A DNA stretch of 50,906 bases from Thermoplasmata archaeon (GCA_020696395.1 JAEHCN010000002.1:1-50906), one strand, 5' to 3'; positions 8,505 through 19,414 are shown, numbered from the stretch's first letter. The notes: generated by a model from the sequence alone, not told the origin. Program-made: numbers and translations.

Positions 8505-11500
8505 TCAGCAGGCTTCGGGTCTACGGACCACACCGACCGCCAGCGCCGCAATCGCAATCAGCACCGCGAATGCCATGCCCATCAGGGCCACCATCTCGGC
8601 CACGATAGATGTTGATGCGGACACCGAGGACGGAGCTGAAGCGGCTGCAGGCTCCTCGGCGACCACGCCGATTGCCGACGGTGCGCTTGACGCTGCCACC
8701 ACCTTACCCGGAGTCGCCACATTGAACTCGATCCACGGGGCGCCGTGGTACAGCGTACCGTCGTCACGCACATCGTTCGTGAACTCGTACGGCCCGTTTA
8801 TGGTGAGCACTTTGTCCGCGAACTCCCAGTTCGTGCAGGTGTTTAGGTCGTACCAGCCAAGTGACATATCGCCAGTGTACCGAAGTCCGTCATAGACGCT
8901 CTGGTCGTCGTCCCATACATCGGCCATCGCGTCAGCAGGCACATCGTCAGCGTAGTATCCGACCACATCGTAGTCCGGCAGCTCGATCACCAGCTTGCCG
9001 TACTCCGGCAGGGTGAAGGCCCACGGGCACGCCTCATAATAGATCTCCGACCCGAGGCCCGGGTCTCCCACATTCCAGCTCTGATATGTCAGGTCGAGAT
9101 ACGGGTCGTAGTAGGACATCGGATGCTGCGTCATCGAGCCGATGTAGTCGATCCCTATGGGCTCCCAGACCCATGCGCAGTCGTTGCCGGTCGTCTCGTT
9201 CGCCTTAACGGCGTGCATGCCCCACTGGGCGACCCCGTCCAATTCGAAGTCCACATCGCTCTCGCGATAATCGATGACCACCTTGATGTCTTCCATGTAG
9301 GGCTGGTTGACGGACAGCTCGGTCGCGAGCGTCCACCGGGTCAGCAGGACCTCGTACCCCCACGTCACATGGACGATGTTCAGCGTGACCTCGGAGCCGT
9401 CCGAGGTCATGTCCATCATCGTGATCAGCTCGTCGTAGAAGTACTCGTATCCACAGTAGATGTCGTACACATTGTTCCCCTGGTCATCGATCCAAGCCAT
9501 CCAGTCGGCCTTGTACGAGTCCCGGTTGGCTGCCCACCAGTCGTCAGGGTCGTCCCCCTGCGGCATGCCCATCCACTCCTCCGCCGCCTCACGGTTCATC
9601 GTGACGTTCATCAGGTTCATCGTGATGTAGCCGTCGTTGCTGCTGAGGTAGCCAACATCATAGCTGTCGTCCCAATCGATGTTTGAGCTCCATGTCGGCT
9701 CGAAGTAGTTGGTCCACTCGTCGGTGTTGGCGTACTGGCAGTAGATGTCCATCGAGACCTCGGAGCCCGGTACAGGTCCGGAGTCCACCGTGTACATGAA
9801 CACCGGGTCGTGCACGTTCATGTTCGGCAGGAACACGCCTTCGACATTCCACCTGTACGGAGCGTATATCAGGCCCTGGTCCCTCATACCGTTTGGTTCG
9901 CCACCGCCTTCGGAGTTGTACAAGTAGGTAACGTTCCCGGCATCGGTCGTCAGGAACGCCTCAGTGTTCCACGTGCTGTCCCACCGGATATCCCACCACT
10001 CCTTGGGAGTCTCTCCGAACATGTCGTAGACCTTCCACGTTATGTCCGAAAGGATGGGCTCGATGACCTCCAGCGTCAGGACGGCGGATATCGCCGCGCC
10101 GTTGTCCGTCGCAGTAACGGTCTGCGTACCGAGCTCGTTCAACGACAGGTCGTCGAACTGGTGCACGCCCTCGTCATCGATCGGCTGGAACTCGTATGAG
10201 GCGGGTAGCTGCTCCAGCCCGCTCCCGTCCGAAGTGGCGAACTCCACTGTCCCGGCGTACTCCTCGTACACCTCATCGTACTGGTGGTACGCGGTCACTC
10301 TGACCGAGAACAGTTCGTCCTGCTCGAACGTGTCGTCTCCGCCCACGGTCTCCATAGTGAGGGAGTCCAAATACAACGCCTCTATCACGATATCCTCCTG
10401 CGAGCCATTGATCGTCGGGTCGCCGACCTCCTCCACCGTCACGTTGTACGTGTTCGGGAGGTCGAAGGACACGGCCATCGGGAAGGTCTTCACTCCGTTG
10501 TCCGTGGCCGGGACGAAGGTGTAGTCCGACGGCAGGGTGTCACCGCCGGATGTGGCGTTCGAGTCGAACGTGACCGTGCCGTCGTAGTCCTCGAATACGG
10601 TCCCCATGTTGTCGATCGCGGTCACCGTGACATCCGAGTAGTTGTTCTCCCACATGTCGATGATGCCAGAGACCTCGAAGTGGTCCATGGTGACCTCCGC
10701 AACTACCCACGCCTCCAGGCTACCGGTTATGGACGGGTCGCTCGTGTCGTTGGCCCAGATGGTGTAGTACGTTCCCACGACCGGGGTGGCCACATGGAAC
10801 GTCAAGTCGACATCCACATACTCCGTTCCGAGCGAGAACGGCGTGTCGCTCGGCAGGGTGACATCTCCGGTTCTGTTCGTCTCGAAGGTGACAGTCCCGT
10901 CGTAGTCTAGGCAGGGTCGATCATACTGGTCCATGATGGTGACTATCATCGTCTCGAGTATGTCCACCTCTGCCGGTTCACTCACTCCCGTGAGCACGAA
11001 GTGGTGAGGAACCGCTTCCGGGAGGACATCTGTGGACGCAACGCCATATGCTTCGGAGTCGGCGACATCGCTCACATTGACCTCGAAGGTGCCGTCGGTG
11101 GAGAACGTCACGCTGAACGTCTGCACGCCGTCCATCTCAGAGGTGAACGCGGTGTCGGCTGGGAGCGTCGCACCTGTGTCGTCCGAGGTGAAGTTGACAG
11201 TGCCGACATATCCCGTATACACTTCGTCCCACTGGTTCATGGCGGTCACCGTGACATCCGTCGGCTCCGCTGCAATGACTGGGTCGCCGGAGAACGCGAC
11301 ATCGAATGCTGCAATCGCTGGCCATTCGACCACCTGGATACCACTCACCGTGCCGGTCGCCTCGCTGTCGGAGACATCGGTGACGGTGACGAAGTACGTC
11401 GCCTGATGGGCCTCCGAATCGACCGTGTTGAATGTCACGGTGAACTCGTGCACGCCGGCGTCCGTCGCCGGGACGAACTCGTAGTTGGCAGGCAGGACAG

Positions 11501-13736
11501 CGGTACCGTCGTCCGACTCGAAGGTGACCGTTCCAGCGTAGTCCTCTGCCAGATCTCTGGAGATGCTCGTCACCGCGGTGACCGTGAACGTCGCAGGCTC
11601 GCCGACGGACACCGGACCGGTGGGACCCTCGATATCGAGGTCGTATCCTTCATCTTCGGTTGCACCGACAATCTCGATGAATGGTATGCCGTACGGCAAT
11701 ATCTCGAGGCGATCCCACTCGCTCTCGAGCCATTCGTGGGCAGTCTGATCCTTCGACCAGGTCCACATATCGAACGGGCCCGTGTACGTGATCTGCCTGG
11801 CGTCGGTGTCGATCTCCACGATGTCTGTGTCGCTCGGCATCGGCTCGGCATATCTCACAGTCATTTCGTCGTAGAATTGCCGCGTGTCAGGCCAGAGAGT
11901 TTCGCCTTCGTAGCCTGGCTCATGCTTGAAGAATATCTGGGGGCCAGCGGGCCACTCTATTGTCAGTGTTTCGTTCTCAGTCAGATTCCAGGCGCCTGGA
12001 GAATAGTCGTAAGCCATGTCTTCACCGTACCAGGTGCTTCCCGGTGCCCAGTTGAGGTAGGTGAAGGGTTCGTACAGCTCGAACAAGGATGGCGGGTACG
12101 CGTCGGACGGCGCAGGGACATAATCCTCCATGAGGGCCTCCCAGCACCAGCACGGAGCCGAGTCGGGCGTGTCCTCGTACGCGTACGTAGAATACTGGAC
12201 GGCGGCGTCGGTGTATACGTCGGCCCGCTCAGGCCCGATGGTTGCCTGGAAAGTCATGTCCTCGAAGTACCACTCAGTGGGCATCCACGCTTCGTGCATC
12301 CATCTGGTCATGAGCGCCTCCATGCCCCAGCTGACCGTGTCGAACGTGAGCAGGACATGATCCGCATCAGACTTCTCAGCCTGCATGTCGAAGTACATGA
12401 ACTGAAGGTCCCACTCGTACATGTTGAAGATCGCTAGCCTCTCGGGACCGGCCTCGTGCAGCATCCAGGCCTCCCAGGCGACTGTGACCTCGTCGGCGTT
12501 GTTAGTCCACCAGTCGCTGAAGGTGTCGAACTCGGTGCTCGTGAGCCCGAGGACCGCCTTCGCGGCATCCTCATCCAGAAGTACCGTCCCAGACCATTCG
12601 ACGAACCAACCATCGTACCACGACATCTGTGCAGCGGTACATGTCTCCTCAGCCTCCTCGTACGTTACGTAGTCAATGTGCCAATCGAGGGTGGCTGTTC
12701 CACCCCTGGCGGTCTCGGAGAAGTACGGAAGGAACTCAGGGTTATCGTTCATGTTCACCTCCGGCAAGTTCTCGGCTACCATGTCCATGCGCATGAATGT
12801 GTATACCCAGATGTTGCCGTTTGGAGGGCCTTCCCAGATGTACAGATACGGATACTCGTTGTTGATGATCCACTCGTTGGATCCAATCGCCCTCATCTCG
12901 TACCAGTCGCCGAGCGGGTGGTTGAACATGTCGTCCCAGTAATAATCGACGGACCGGGTGAAGGTCAATCCAACATTCACCATAGCCGTGCCTGATGCCT
13001 CTTCCGTTCCCTTCGTGGCGGTCGCGGTCAAGTTGGCGACACCCTCGACCGACGCCGAGAATGTGACACTGGAACCGGTCGTCGCGCTCAGGGTGTAGTC
13101 GGCTGAGTCCATGCCGGTCACGGTCCAGGCGAGCGACGCGTCTGTTACCGGACCACCAACGGAATCATAAGCGGTCGCGTTGAACGTCCACTCCTCATTC
13201 AGGTCCAGCGACATGGCTGAAGGTACTATGCTGACCGAATCAAGGAAGGGCGGCTCCACGGTGATCGGAGAGTCCACAACGACCGTCTCCCCGTCGTACT
13301 CCGCTTCACAACTCACCGTTCCTGATCCTCCAACATCTCCCGCAGTGAAACGCACGGTAGGTTGTCGAGTCACATCGAACGACCCGAGAGTCGACGGGCT
13401 CACAGACCAAGTCAAGTCTGCATCGCCGGTCACGTTGTCGTTGTCCGACTTGACGATCACAGACAACGATATTGTCGTGCCCGCGCCAATATCAGGAATC
13501 GGATCTGGTGCTATCTCCGCCGAGAGATCCGGCTTGGCTATCACCAAAACATAGAGCGCGCTGCCGATCAACGCGGCAACCACGATTATTGCCACGACAG
13601 TAATCCACATCTTCTTCTTGTCACCCTTCTTCGGCGGCGAAGCCAATTCTGGCTGCGCTGGCTCCGCTGGCTCCGCGGGTGGACCAGAAGCATTCTCCAC
13701 TACAGCTGACTCGCTAGAATCTACGTTCTCTGACAC
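8505..13736 (-). CDS. Giant acidic cell-surface protein with Ig-like repeats and a duplicated ~430-aa domain
   Basis: N-terminal TM after KKKMW, C-terminal TM before RR, five YxGTVxFxS..LP.(D)YxF repeats, and two homologous Trp/Tyr-rich domains. Confidence 0.85.
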   Translation of the reverse strand: MSENVDSSESAVVENASGPPAEPAEPAQPELASPPKKGDKKKMWITVVAIIVVAALIGSALYVLVIAKPDLSAEIAPDPIPDIGAGTTISLSVIVKSDNDNVTGDADLTWSVSPSTLGSFDVTRQPTVRFTAGDVGGSGTVSCEAEYDGETVVVDSPITVEPPFLDSVSIVPSAMSLDLNEEWTFNATAYDSVGGPVTDASLAWTVTGMDSADYTLSATTGSSVTFSASVEGVANLTATATKGTEEASGTAMVNVGLTFTRSVDYYWDDMFNHPLGDWYEMRAIGSNEWIINNEYPYLYIWEGPPNGNIWVYTFMRMDMVAENLPEVNMNDNPEFLPYFSETARGGTATLDWHIDYVTYEEAEETCTAAQMSWYDGWFVEWSGTVLLDEDAAKAVLGLTSTEFDTFSDWWTNNADEVTVAWEAWMLHEAGPERLAIFNMYEWDLQFMYFDMQAEKSDADHVLLTFDTVSWGMEALMTRWMHEAWMPTEWYFEDMTFQATIGPERADVYTDAAVQYSTYAYEDTPDSAPCWCWEALMEDYVPAPSDAYPPSLFELYEPFTYLNWAPGSTWYGEDMAYDYSPGAWNLTENETLTIEWPAGPQIFFKHEPGYEGETLWPDTRQFYDEMTVRYAEPMPSDTDIVEIDTDARQITYTGPFDMWTWSKDQTAHEWLESEWDRLEILPYGIPFIEIVGATEDEGYDLDIEGPTGPVSVGEPATFTVTAVTSISRDLAEDYAGTVTFESDDGTAVLPANYEFVPATDAGVHEFTVTFNTVDSEAHQATYFVTVTDVSDSEATGTVSGIQVVEWPAIAAFDVAFSGDPVIAAEPTDVTVTAMNQWDEVYTGYVGTVNFTSDDTGATLPADTAFTSEMDGVQTFSVTFSTDGTFEVNVSDVADSEAYGVASTDVLPEAVPHHFVLTGVSEPAEVDILETMIVTIMDQYDRPCLDYDGTVTFETNRTGDVTLPSDTPFSLGTEYVDVDLTFHVATPVVGTYYTIWANDTSDPSITGSLEAWVVAEVTMDHFEVSGIIDMWENNYSDVTVTAIDNMGTVFEDYDGTVTFDSNATSGGDTLPSDYTFVPATDNGVKTFPMAVSFDLPNTYNVTVEEVGDPTINGSQEDIVIEALYLDSLTMETVGGDDTFEQDELFSVRVTAYHQYDEVYEEYAGTVEFATSDGSGLEQLPASYEFQPIDDEGVHQFDDLSLNELGTQTVTATDNGAAISAVLTLEVIEPILSDITWKVYDMFGETPKEWWDIRWDSTWNTEAFLTTDAGNVTYLYNSEGGGEPNGMRDQGLIYAPYRWNVEGVFLPNMNVHDPVFMYTVDSGPVPGSEVSMDIYCQYANTDEWTNYFEPTWSSNIDWDDSYDVGYLSSNDGYITMNLMNVTMNREAAEEWMGMPQGDDPDDWWAANRDSYKADWMAWIDDQGNNVYDIYCGYEYFYDELITMMDMTSDGSEVTLNIVHVTWGYEVLLTRWTLATELSVNQPYMEDIKVVIDYRESDVDFELDGVAQWGMHAVKANETTGNDCAWVWEPIGIDYIGSMTQHPMSYYDPYLDLTYQSWNVGDPGLGSEIYYEACPWAFTLPEYGKLVIELPDYDVVGYYADDVPADAMADVWDDDQSVYDGLRYTGDMSLGWYDLNTCTNWEFADKVLTINGPYEFTNDVRDDGTLYHGAPWIEFNVATPGKVVAASSAPSAIGVVAEEPAAASAPSSVSASTSIVAEMVALMGMAFAVLIAIAALAVGVVRRPEAC

Positions 13737-14463
13737 GGTTATTTCCCCCTACACACAGAGGCTCGATTAGCAAACAGTCGAGGTAAGTGCAATTCCTCTA
13801 TAAATATGCTGTCTCATCCGGGTCGTGTAAAGAGGGGAACGGCCCTGCGTTTTTCGAACTTCTTCCAGCTGGAGGGCGGTTTCTCCGAGACAAAGTCGAA
13901 ATCGAAGTTCCAAGATTGATTGCGATTCTCCAAAGAAAGATAGCGCGCGTTCCATAGACCAGATGGAGTCTCGCCTGATCGACGGGGACGAAGTTCAGCG
14001 GGACGAACCACGCTAGGGAAATGGAGGAACAGGATAACGGTCTCAACAGGGCGACCAGGAGTCATCACGTACCGCCTCATCAGGCATCTTGAACCGAGCG
14101 GATTTCGCCGTTTGCGTTTGCCCATTCTTTCGGGAGACGAGAGTCGCCAAATAAGCCGCGCGGTTTCCACCGCCTCTAATTCAACCTGACATGAAAGAGG
14201 CGCGAGTCCTTCCGAATTTCTTCTGACAATGGCCCCCAATATTCGAACGATGTGCCAATACGACACTCATTGTCGCAATATTCATATACCAAAGAGCTTA
14301 TTCAATGGGCTGGCTTACCCGAGAAGGCGCGATTTGGAGGCGCCAAGTACGGCGGTTCGGAGCGTGCTGGAACGGGTGCTGGGGGGCCGTCATGGGACGG
14401 CTCGTAGAGAGCTCGGAAATGGGAGCCGGGCCTGGAAGGAAAGAGAGTGCGGGGGATTGAAAA

Positions 14464-16416
14464 TTGAGTATTGAGAGATTAAGAGTTCTCAGAATCTGTG
14501 CCTCGGTCGTGATTGCGGTTGCCATTGCGATACCTATAGCAGCCGTGACGGACACAATCATCGGAAAGGCGGAGGCTGCGCCCGAAGGAGGAACCCTCCG
14601 AATGGGGTACATGCAGAAGGTCGACAGCCTGAACCCGAATGTTGGTTTGGTCGACGCAGCGTACGTCTTCTACGGGTTGGTATACGATACGATACAGTGT
14701 GTCGACGCGGACCTGAACATAGTAGGCAACCTTGTTCTGAATTCAACCGTGGATGAGACTTACATGCCTTACGGATCGGCCTGGCTGATGGACATAACTC
14801 AACACGCTACCTGGCATGACGGCGAGCCGGTGAAGGTCGAGGACGTCGTGTTCACCGTCAACACCATGGCGGACAACTTCTTGCAGATGTGGGCATATCA
14901 GCCATACGCCTACTACATGGACGGCGCGGAGAAAGTCGACGAGGACACTCTGAGGGTGTACTTCTACGACAGAGGCTCCCTGGAGCAGGAGCCAATGTCC
15001 GCCGCATACGCGAGGATGATATGCATACCGGTCTTCCCGAAGCATGTTGTTGACAAAATGACCATCGGAGACTTCGGGTTCAACTGGATCGGAGCGACCG
15101 AGGGTCAAGATCCACCTCTTGTCGGATCAGGGCCGTTCATGGCAACGGAGAACATCATCGAAGAGTTCACGGTGGGAGACAAGATAACGCTTGTCAAGAA
15201 CCCCAACTATCACTGGAAGCAGGAAAAAGGTCTGGAACTCCAGTTCGATAGACTTGAGATGCGGTTCTTCAACGACGCTTATGCTATGGCTCTGGCCCTT
15301 GAGACGGGAGAACTCGACATCGCCCAGTTCCCGCCTTCGGAGTACCTCGCGATCAAGGATAAGGTAGCGAGCGGTGAGCTCAAGGACATCGAGACCTACG
15401 ACGGACCCAAGTGTACTCAGTACTGGACGGAAGTCGCGATCTGCATGGGCACAGGCGGAGAGAACCCGTCGAGGCTCGACCCGGTCATAAGGCAGGCGAT
15501 GGCTCATGCCACTGACAAGACCTACATCGTGAACAACCACTACCTGGGCCTTGCGGATGAGGGATCGACGCTCATACCTCCTGTCAATGAGCAATGGCAC
15601 TATGAGCCGACGGCAGACGAGCTCTACGAATTCGACCTGGATCTCGCCAACGCGCTGCTCGAGGACGCCGGATACAGACACATAGATGGTTCGGGAGTGC
15701 GGGCGGCGACGGCAGACAGCTACGCGGTACAGGCAAGCCTCGTCCCAGAAGGGACCAAGCTGTCGTACGAAATGGCGATAAGACAGGAGTATCCGGAGGA
15801 GCGGCAGATAGCCATGTTCCTCAAGGAGCAGTGGGGCGAGATCGGCATCGAGATCGTCTATGACATCATGACCGAGGCCGCCCTTGGCAATCTGGTGTAC
15901 ACGTATGAATACGACACGATGATGTGGTACTGGAGCGCGGACGTGGATCCGATGTACCAGCTGTTCTGTCAGACCAAAGCCTCCTTTGGCGGCTGGAACG
16001 ACAACATGTACTCCACGCCGACGTATGAAGAGAACTTCAGGGCCCAAGTCATGGAGTTCGACGTGGAGAAGAGGGAGGAGTACGTGGACAACTGCCAGAG
16101 GGTGCACTACCTCGATGCATACTACCTCATCCTGGCATATGTGTACCAGACCTACGCTTGGAGAACGGACAACTTCATCGGCTGGGGCGACTGGGATGCC
16201 CATCCAGGTCTGAGCGCGGACAATTTCTGGTCCGGAGCTCCGCTCTACTTCGAGCTGGAGTACATAGGCGGACCCGCAATCGAGATCCCGTGGCTGGCGA
16301 TCGGTGTTGGCATGGCGGTCATAGTCGCAGCAGCGGTTGCCGCCGTCGTTCTGAAGAAAAAAGGCGGCAAGAAGAAGAAACCGGAGAAAGAGAAATCGAG
16401 CCCGCTTGGAGAGTAG
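14464..16416 (+). CDS. Peptide/nickel ABC transporter substrate-binding protein (family 5, OppA/DppA-like)
   Basis: ATWHDGEPVKVEDVVFT, VGSGPF, LVKNPNY, IRQAMAHATDK; signal peptide plus C-terminal TM anchor and Lys-rich tail. Confidence 0.92.
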   Translation: MSIERLRVLRICASVVIAVAIAIPIAAVTDTIIGKAEAAPEGGTLRMGYMQKVDSLNPNVGLVDAAYVFYGLVYDTIQCVDADLNIVGNLVLNSTVDETYMPYGSAWLMDITQHATWHDGEPVKVEDVVFTVNTMADNFLQMWAYQPYAYYMDGAEKVDEDTLRVYFYDRGSLEQEPMSAAYARMICIPVFPKHVVDKMTIGDFGFNWIGATEGQDPPLVGSGPFMATENIIEEFTVGDKITLVKNPNYHWKQEKGLELQFDRLEMRFFNDAYAMALALETGELDIAQFPPSEYLAIKDKVASGELKDIETYDGPKCTQYWTEVAICMGTGGENPSRLDPVIRQAMAHATDKTYIVNNHYLGLADEGSTLIPPVNEQWHYEPTADELYEFDLDLANALLEDAGYRHIDGSGVRAATADSYAVQASLVPEGTKLSYEMAIRQEYPEERQIAMFLKEQWGEIGIEIVYDIMTEAALGNLVYTYEYDTMMWYWSADVDPMYQLFCQTKASFGGWNDNMYSTPTYEENFRAQVMEFDVEKREEYVDNCQRVHYLDAYYLILAYVYQTYAWRTDNFIGWGDWDAHPGLSADNFWSGAPLYFELEYIGGPAIEIPWLAIGVGMAVIVAAAVAAVVLKKKGGKKKKPEKEKSSPLGE

Positions 16417-16623
16417 ACCAAATCGTGCGAAACCCCTTATATCCTGATTTCAGCCAAAGGGATGAAAGGCGAACGATAGAAATCAGGGACGGTCAGGAGG
16501 CCCCTGCTCGGCGCAGCGACGAGGGCTGACATGCGGGGGACCGCGCGATGGGACCACAACGCAGGGGAACGCCTTTGGAAGGCACGCAGAACGAAACGCA
16601 TGAACCGAAGCAAGGTGAATGGC

Positions 16624-17625
16624 TTGGTGAGCACGAGGGCATACATCGCCAGGAAGCTAGTCTACGTATTCATCACGTTGATAGTGATAATCTCGTTCAA
16701 CTTCTTCCTGTTCAGAGTCATGCCCGGAGACCCCGCTGCAGTCTTGGTGCCGAAGGGCTGCACCCCGGAGCTCCGAGCGTACTTGTTCGAGATGCTTGGC
16801 CTAGACAAGCCGCTTCACGAGCAGTACGTTCTCTATCTGAAGCAGGCGCTAACGGGCGAGTGGGGCATTTCTACGGGGGTACGCAAATGGGTTCCGGTCA
16901 CGGATGTCATGGGCCCGGCCCTTATGAACACGGTCATTCTCCTCGGAACCGGGACGGTTCTTGCGATAATCCTGGGCGTCTCCTTGGGCAAGTTCGTTGC
17001 CTGGAGGAGAGGCACGGCAGTGGACGCGATAGGCATGAGCGCCGCGCTGGTCTTCTACTCGATGCCGACGTTCCTGTTCGCGCTCTTCCTTCTGATGATC
17101 TTCGCGGGCTACCTCAAATGGTTCCCTATTTGGGGTTCTGAGGGATGGCTGCCGGGGGTCGGGGGCTCGGCTAACCTGGACGAACTCGGTTTAGGCGCCC
17201 GGTTAATCAGCAGGCTGTATCACCTGGTACTGCCGCTCACTGCGTTCACGCTCGAAATCATGGCGGAGTTCGCCCTGATCATGAGAAACTCCCTTACGGA
17301 TGTCCTCACGGAGGACTACATAACCACGGCGCGTGCGAAGGGGCTGTCGAACAAGCAGATTCTCAACGACCACGCGATGCGCAACGCGCTCCTGCCAGTC
17401 GTGACCGTCATGGCAATAAGCATCGGGTGGGTGCTGGGCGGCACGATAATGGTGGAGATGGTGTTCTCCTACGATGGACTGGGTCTCATGACTTGGGACG
17501 CGGTCCTTGCACAGGATTACGCGCTTCTCCAGGCGCTCTTCCTACTCATGGCCATCGCGGTTCTTGTCGCCAACCTAATCGCAGACATGGTCTACGTCTA
17601 CCTCGACCCGAGGGTGAAGGTTTGA
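16624..17625 (+). CDS. Peptide ABC transporter permease (OppB/DppB-like)
   Basis: MPGDPA, LGLDKPL..QY, EDYITTARAKGL, HAMRNALLP and YLDPRVK. Start placed at TTG/GTG after AGGTGA (the ORF is open from 16531). Confidence 0.92.
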   Translation: MVSTRAYIARKLVYVFITLIVIISFNFFLFRVMPGDPAAVLVPKGCTPELRAYLFEMLGLDKPLHEQYVLYLKQALTGEWGISTGVRKWVPVTDVMGPALMNTVILLGTGTVLAIILGVSLGKFVAWRRGTAVDAIGMSAALVFYSMPTFLFALFLLMIFAGYLKWFPIWGSEGWLPGVGGSANLDELGLGARLISRLYHLVLPLTAFTLEIMAEFALIMRNSLTDVLTEDYITTARAKGLSNKQILNDHAMRNALLPVVTVMAISIGWVLGGTIMVEMVFSYDGLGLMTWDAVLAQDYALLQALFLLMAIAVLVANLIADMVYVYLDPRVKV

Positions 17626-17635
17626 GAGTGAACAG

Positions 17636-19414
17636 ATGAGTGCCCGACACAAGTCGATACAACCGGGAATGGCCTCCAAGGCCGTATGGAGAGGTCGAGC
17701 TGCGGCCCTCATTCCACTGGGCATGATCCTGCTGGCCTGCCTCTTCGTCTTCGCGGGGACAACCTGCAGCCTATACAGCCCCGAGCAGGAGGATGCACGC
17801 AGAGCCTCCGCGCTCTCGCTTCAGGACGCGGTCAGCCCATTGGCGGATGCAGGGTTGTACGACGACGTTCTGGCAGGAGTCATCGTGGAGCTGGACGGGT
17901 CTGGATCCACGGACAATGTTGCGGTAGTGAACTACACCTGGACGATAGAGGACGGGACGACTCCTGTCGTGCTCGAAGGAGAAGTCGTCGAGCTTGTGCT
18001 CTTGGAGCCTGGCACTTACACCATAACGCTCAACGTCTCGGACGCCGAGGGCAACTGGGACACGGACAGCACGCCCATCACGGTCAGAGCAGACACGGAA
18101 CCTCCGATTCCGAGCGGTGTGCCCAGAAAAGTCGTGGTCGGGACACTGGTGGATTTCGACGCTTCCTCGTCAGTGGACAACGCACGTATAGTCAATTACT
18201 CGTGGATATTCGTATATGGCGACGAGGAGGTCGTGTTATATGGCGTATCGCCTTCATTCTGGTTCAACAGGTCGGGGCTGTACGATGTCAACTTGACGGT
18301 AACGGACGCCTCCGGTCTCTTCGGGAGCGTGGTCGTGACCGTTGATGTGTACTCGAACCCCACCTGGTTGTCGGAAAACTGGCTGAAGCTCCTTGTCACC
18401 ATTCTGACCATAGGCGGGGCAACTTATTACCTGGTCAGCAAGATTAAGCGGGACCACGCCCTGCTCACACCCTCCGACGCGGAGAAACTGCGGCTTAAAC
18501 TGAAGGGGGCCAGGAAGACTTGGAAGATATTCCGGTCGAACAGGATCGGTTTCAGCGGTTTCCTGGTCCTGATAGTGTTCATTGTGGTGGGCGTGTTCGC
18601 CCCTTGGTTCTCCACTGTGAAGGACCCCAACCTGTACGACAACCACGAGCCCAACATTCCCGGGGTCGATGGCGCTTGGATCCAGAGGAATCCGTTGTCA
18701 CCGTCGCTCTCGCCCTCGGAGTATCTCGGCGTAGTGCATCCGCTCGGCACTGACTACATCGGGCAGGATGTCTGGAGCATGACAGTGTATGGGACAAGAG
18801 CATCCCTCATCGTCGGCTTGGTGGCGACGGCCATTTCAGCGTTGCTCGGAGCGGGCATTGGGCTGGGTGCAGGTTACTTCGGGAAAGCGACGGACGAAGT
18901 CCTGATGAGGGTGACCGATTTCTTCCTGGTCCTTCCCTGGTTCCCGCTCATGATCGTCATGATGGCGATCCTCGGAAGGGAGTTCGTGTGGATCATCGTG
19001 GTCATTGGCATAACGAGCTGGCCGTCCACTGCGAGGATCGTCAGGTCGCAGGTGCTCACCGTCAAGGAGAGGCAGTTCATCGAACGGGCAAGGGCAGTCG
19101 GCGCAGGGGACGCTCACATCATATCGAAGCACATAATGCCGAACGTGATGCCGCTCATCTTCGCCAACACGGTTCTGTTGATCTCGCTGGCGATATTCTC
19201 CGAATCCTTCCTGGACTTCTTCGGACTGGGAGACCCCACGGTCATAAGCTGGGGGACGATGCTGGAGGGGGCCTACAAATACGGCGCGTTCTATCAGGGG
19301 TCGTGGTGGACCATCGTCCCGCCTGGGCTGGCGATATTGATGATGGTGCTGTCGTTCTCACTTGTTGGATACGCACTCGACGATGTGTTCAACCCGAAGC
19401 TGAGGAAGAGGTGA
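17636..19414 (+). CDS. Peptide ABC transporter permease (OppC/DppC-like) fused to two N-terminal PKD domains
   Basis: LDGSGSTDN..NYTW..PGTYTITLNVSDAEGN and FDASSSVDN..NYSW..GLYDVNLTVTDASG, followed by HPLGTDYIGQD, GTRASL, FIERARAVGA and SWGTML. Confidence 0.9.
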   Translation: MSARHKSIQPGMASKAVWRGRAAALIPLGMILLACLFVFAGTTCSLYSPEQEDARRASALSLQDAVSPLADAGLYDDVLAGVIVELDGSGSTDNVAVVNYTWTIEDGTTPVVLEGEVVELVLLEPGTYTITLNVSDAEGNWDTDSTPITVRADTEPPIPSGVPRKVVVGTLVDFDASSSVDNARIVNYSWIFVYGDEEVVLYGVSPSFWFNRSGLYDVNLTVTDASGLFGSVVVTVDVYSNPTWLSENWLKLLVTILTIGGATYYLVSKIKRDHALLTPSDAEKLRLKLKGARKTWKIFRSNRIGFSGFLVLIVFIVVGVFAPWFSTVKDPNLYDNHEPNIPGVDGAWIQRNPLSPSLSPSEYLGVVHPLGTDYIGQDVWSMTVYGTRASLIVGLVATAISALLGAGIGLGAGYFGKATDEVLMRVTDFFLVLPWFPLMIVMMAILGREFVWIIVVIGITSWPSTARIVRSQVLTVKERQFIERARAVGAGDAHIISKHIMPNVMPLIFANTVLLISLAIFSESFLDFFGLGDPTVISWGTMLEGAYKYGAFYQGSWWTIVPPGLAILMMVLSFSLVGYALDDVFNPKLRKR

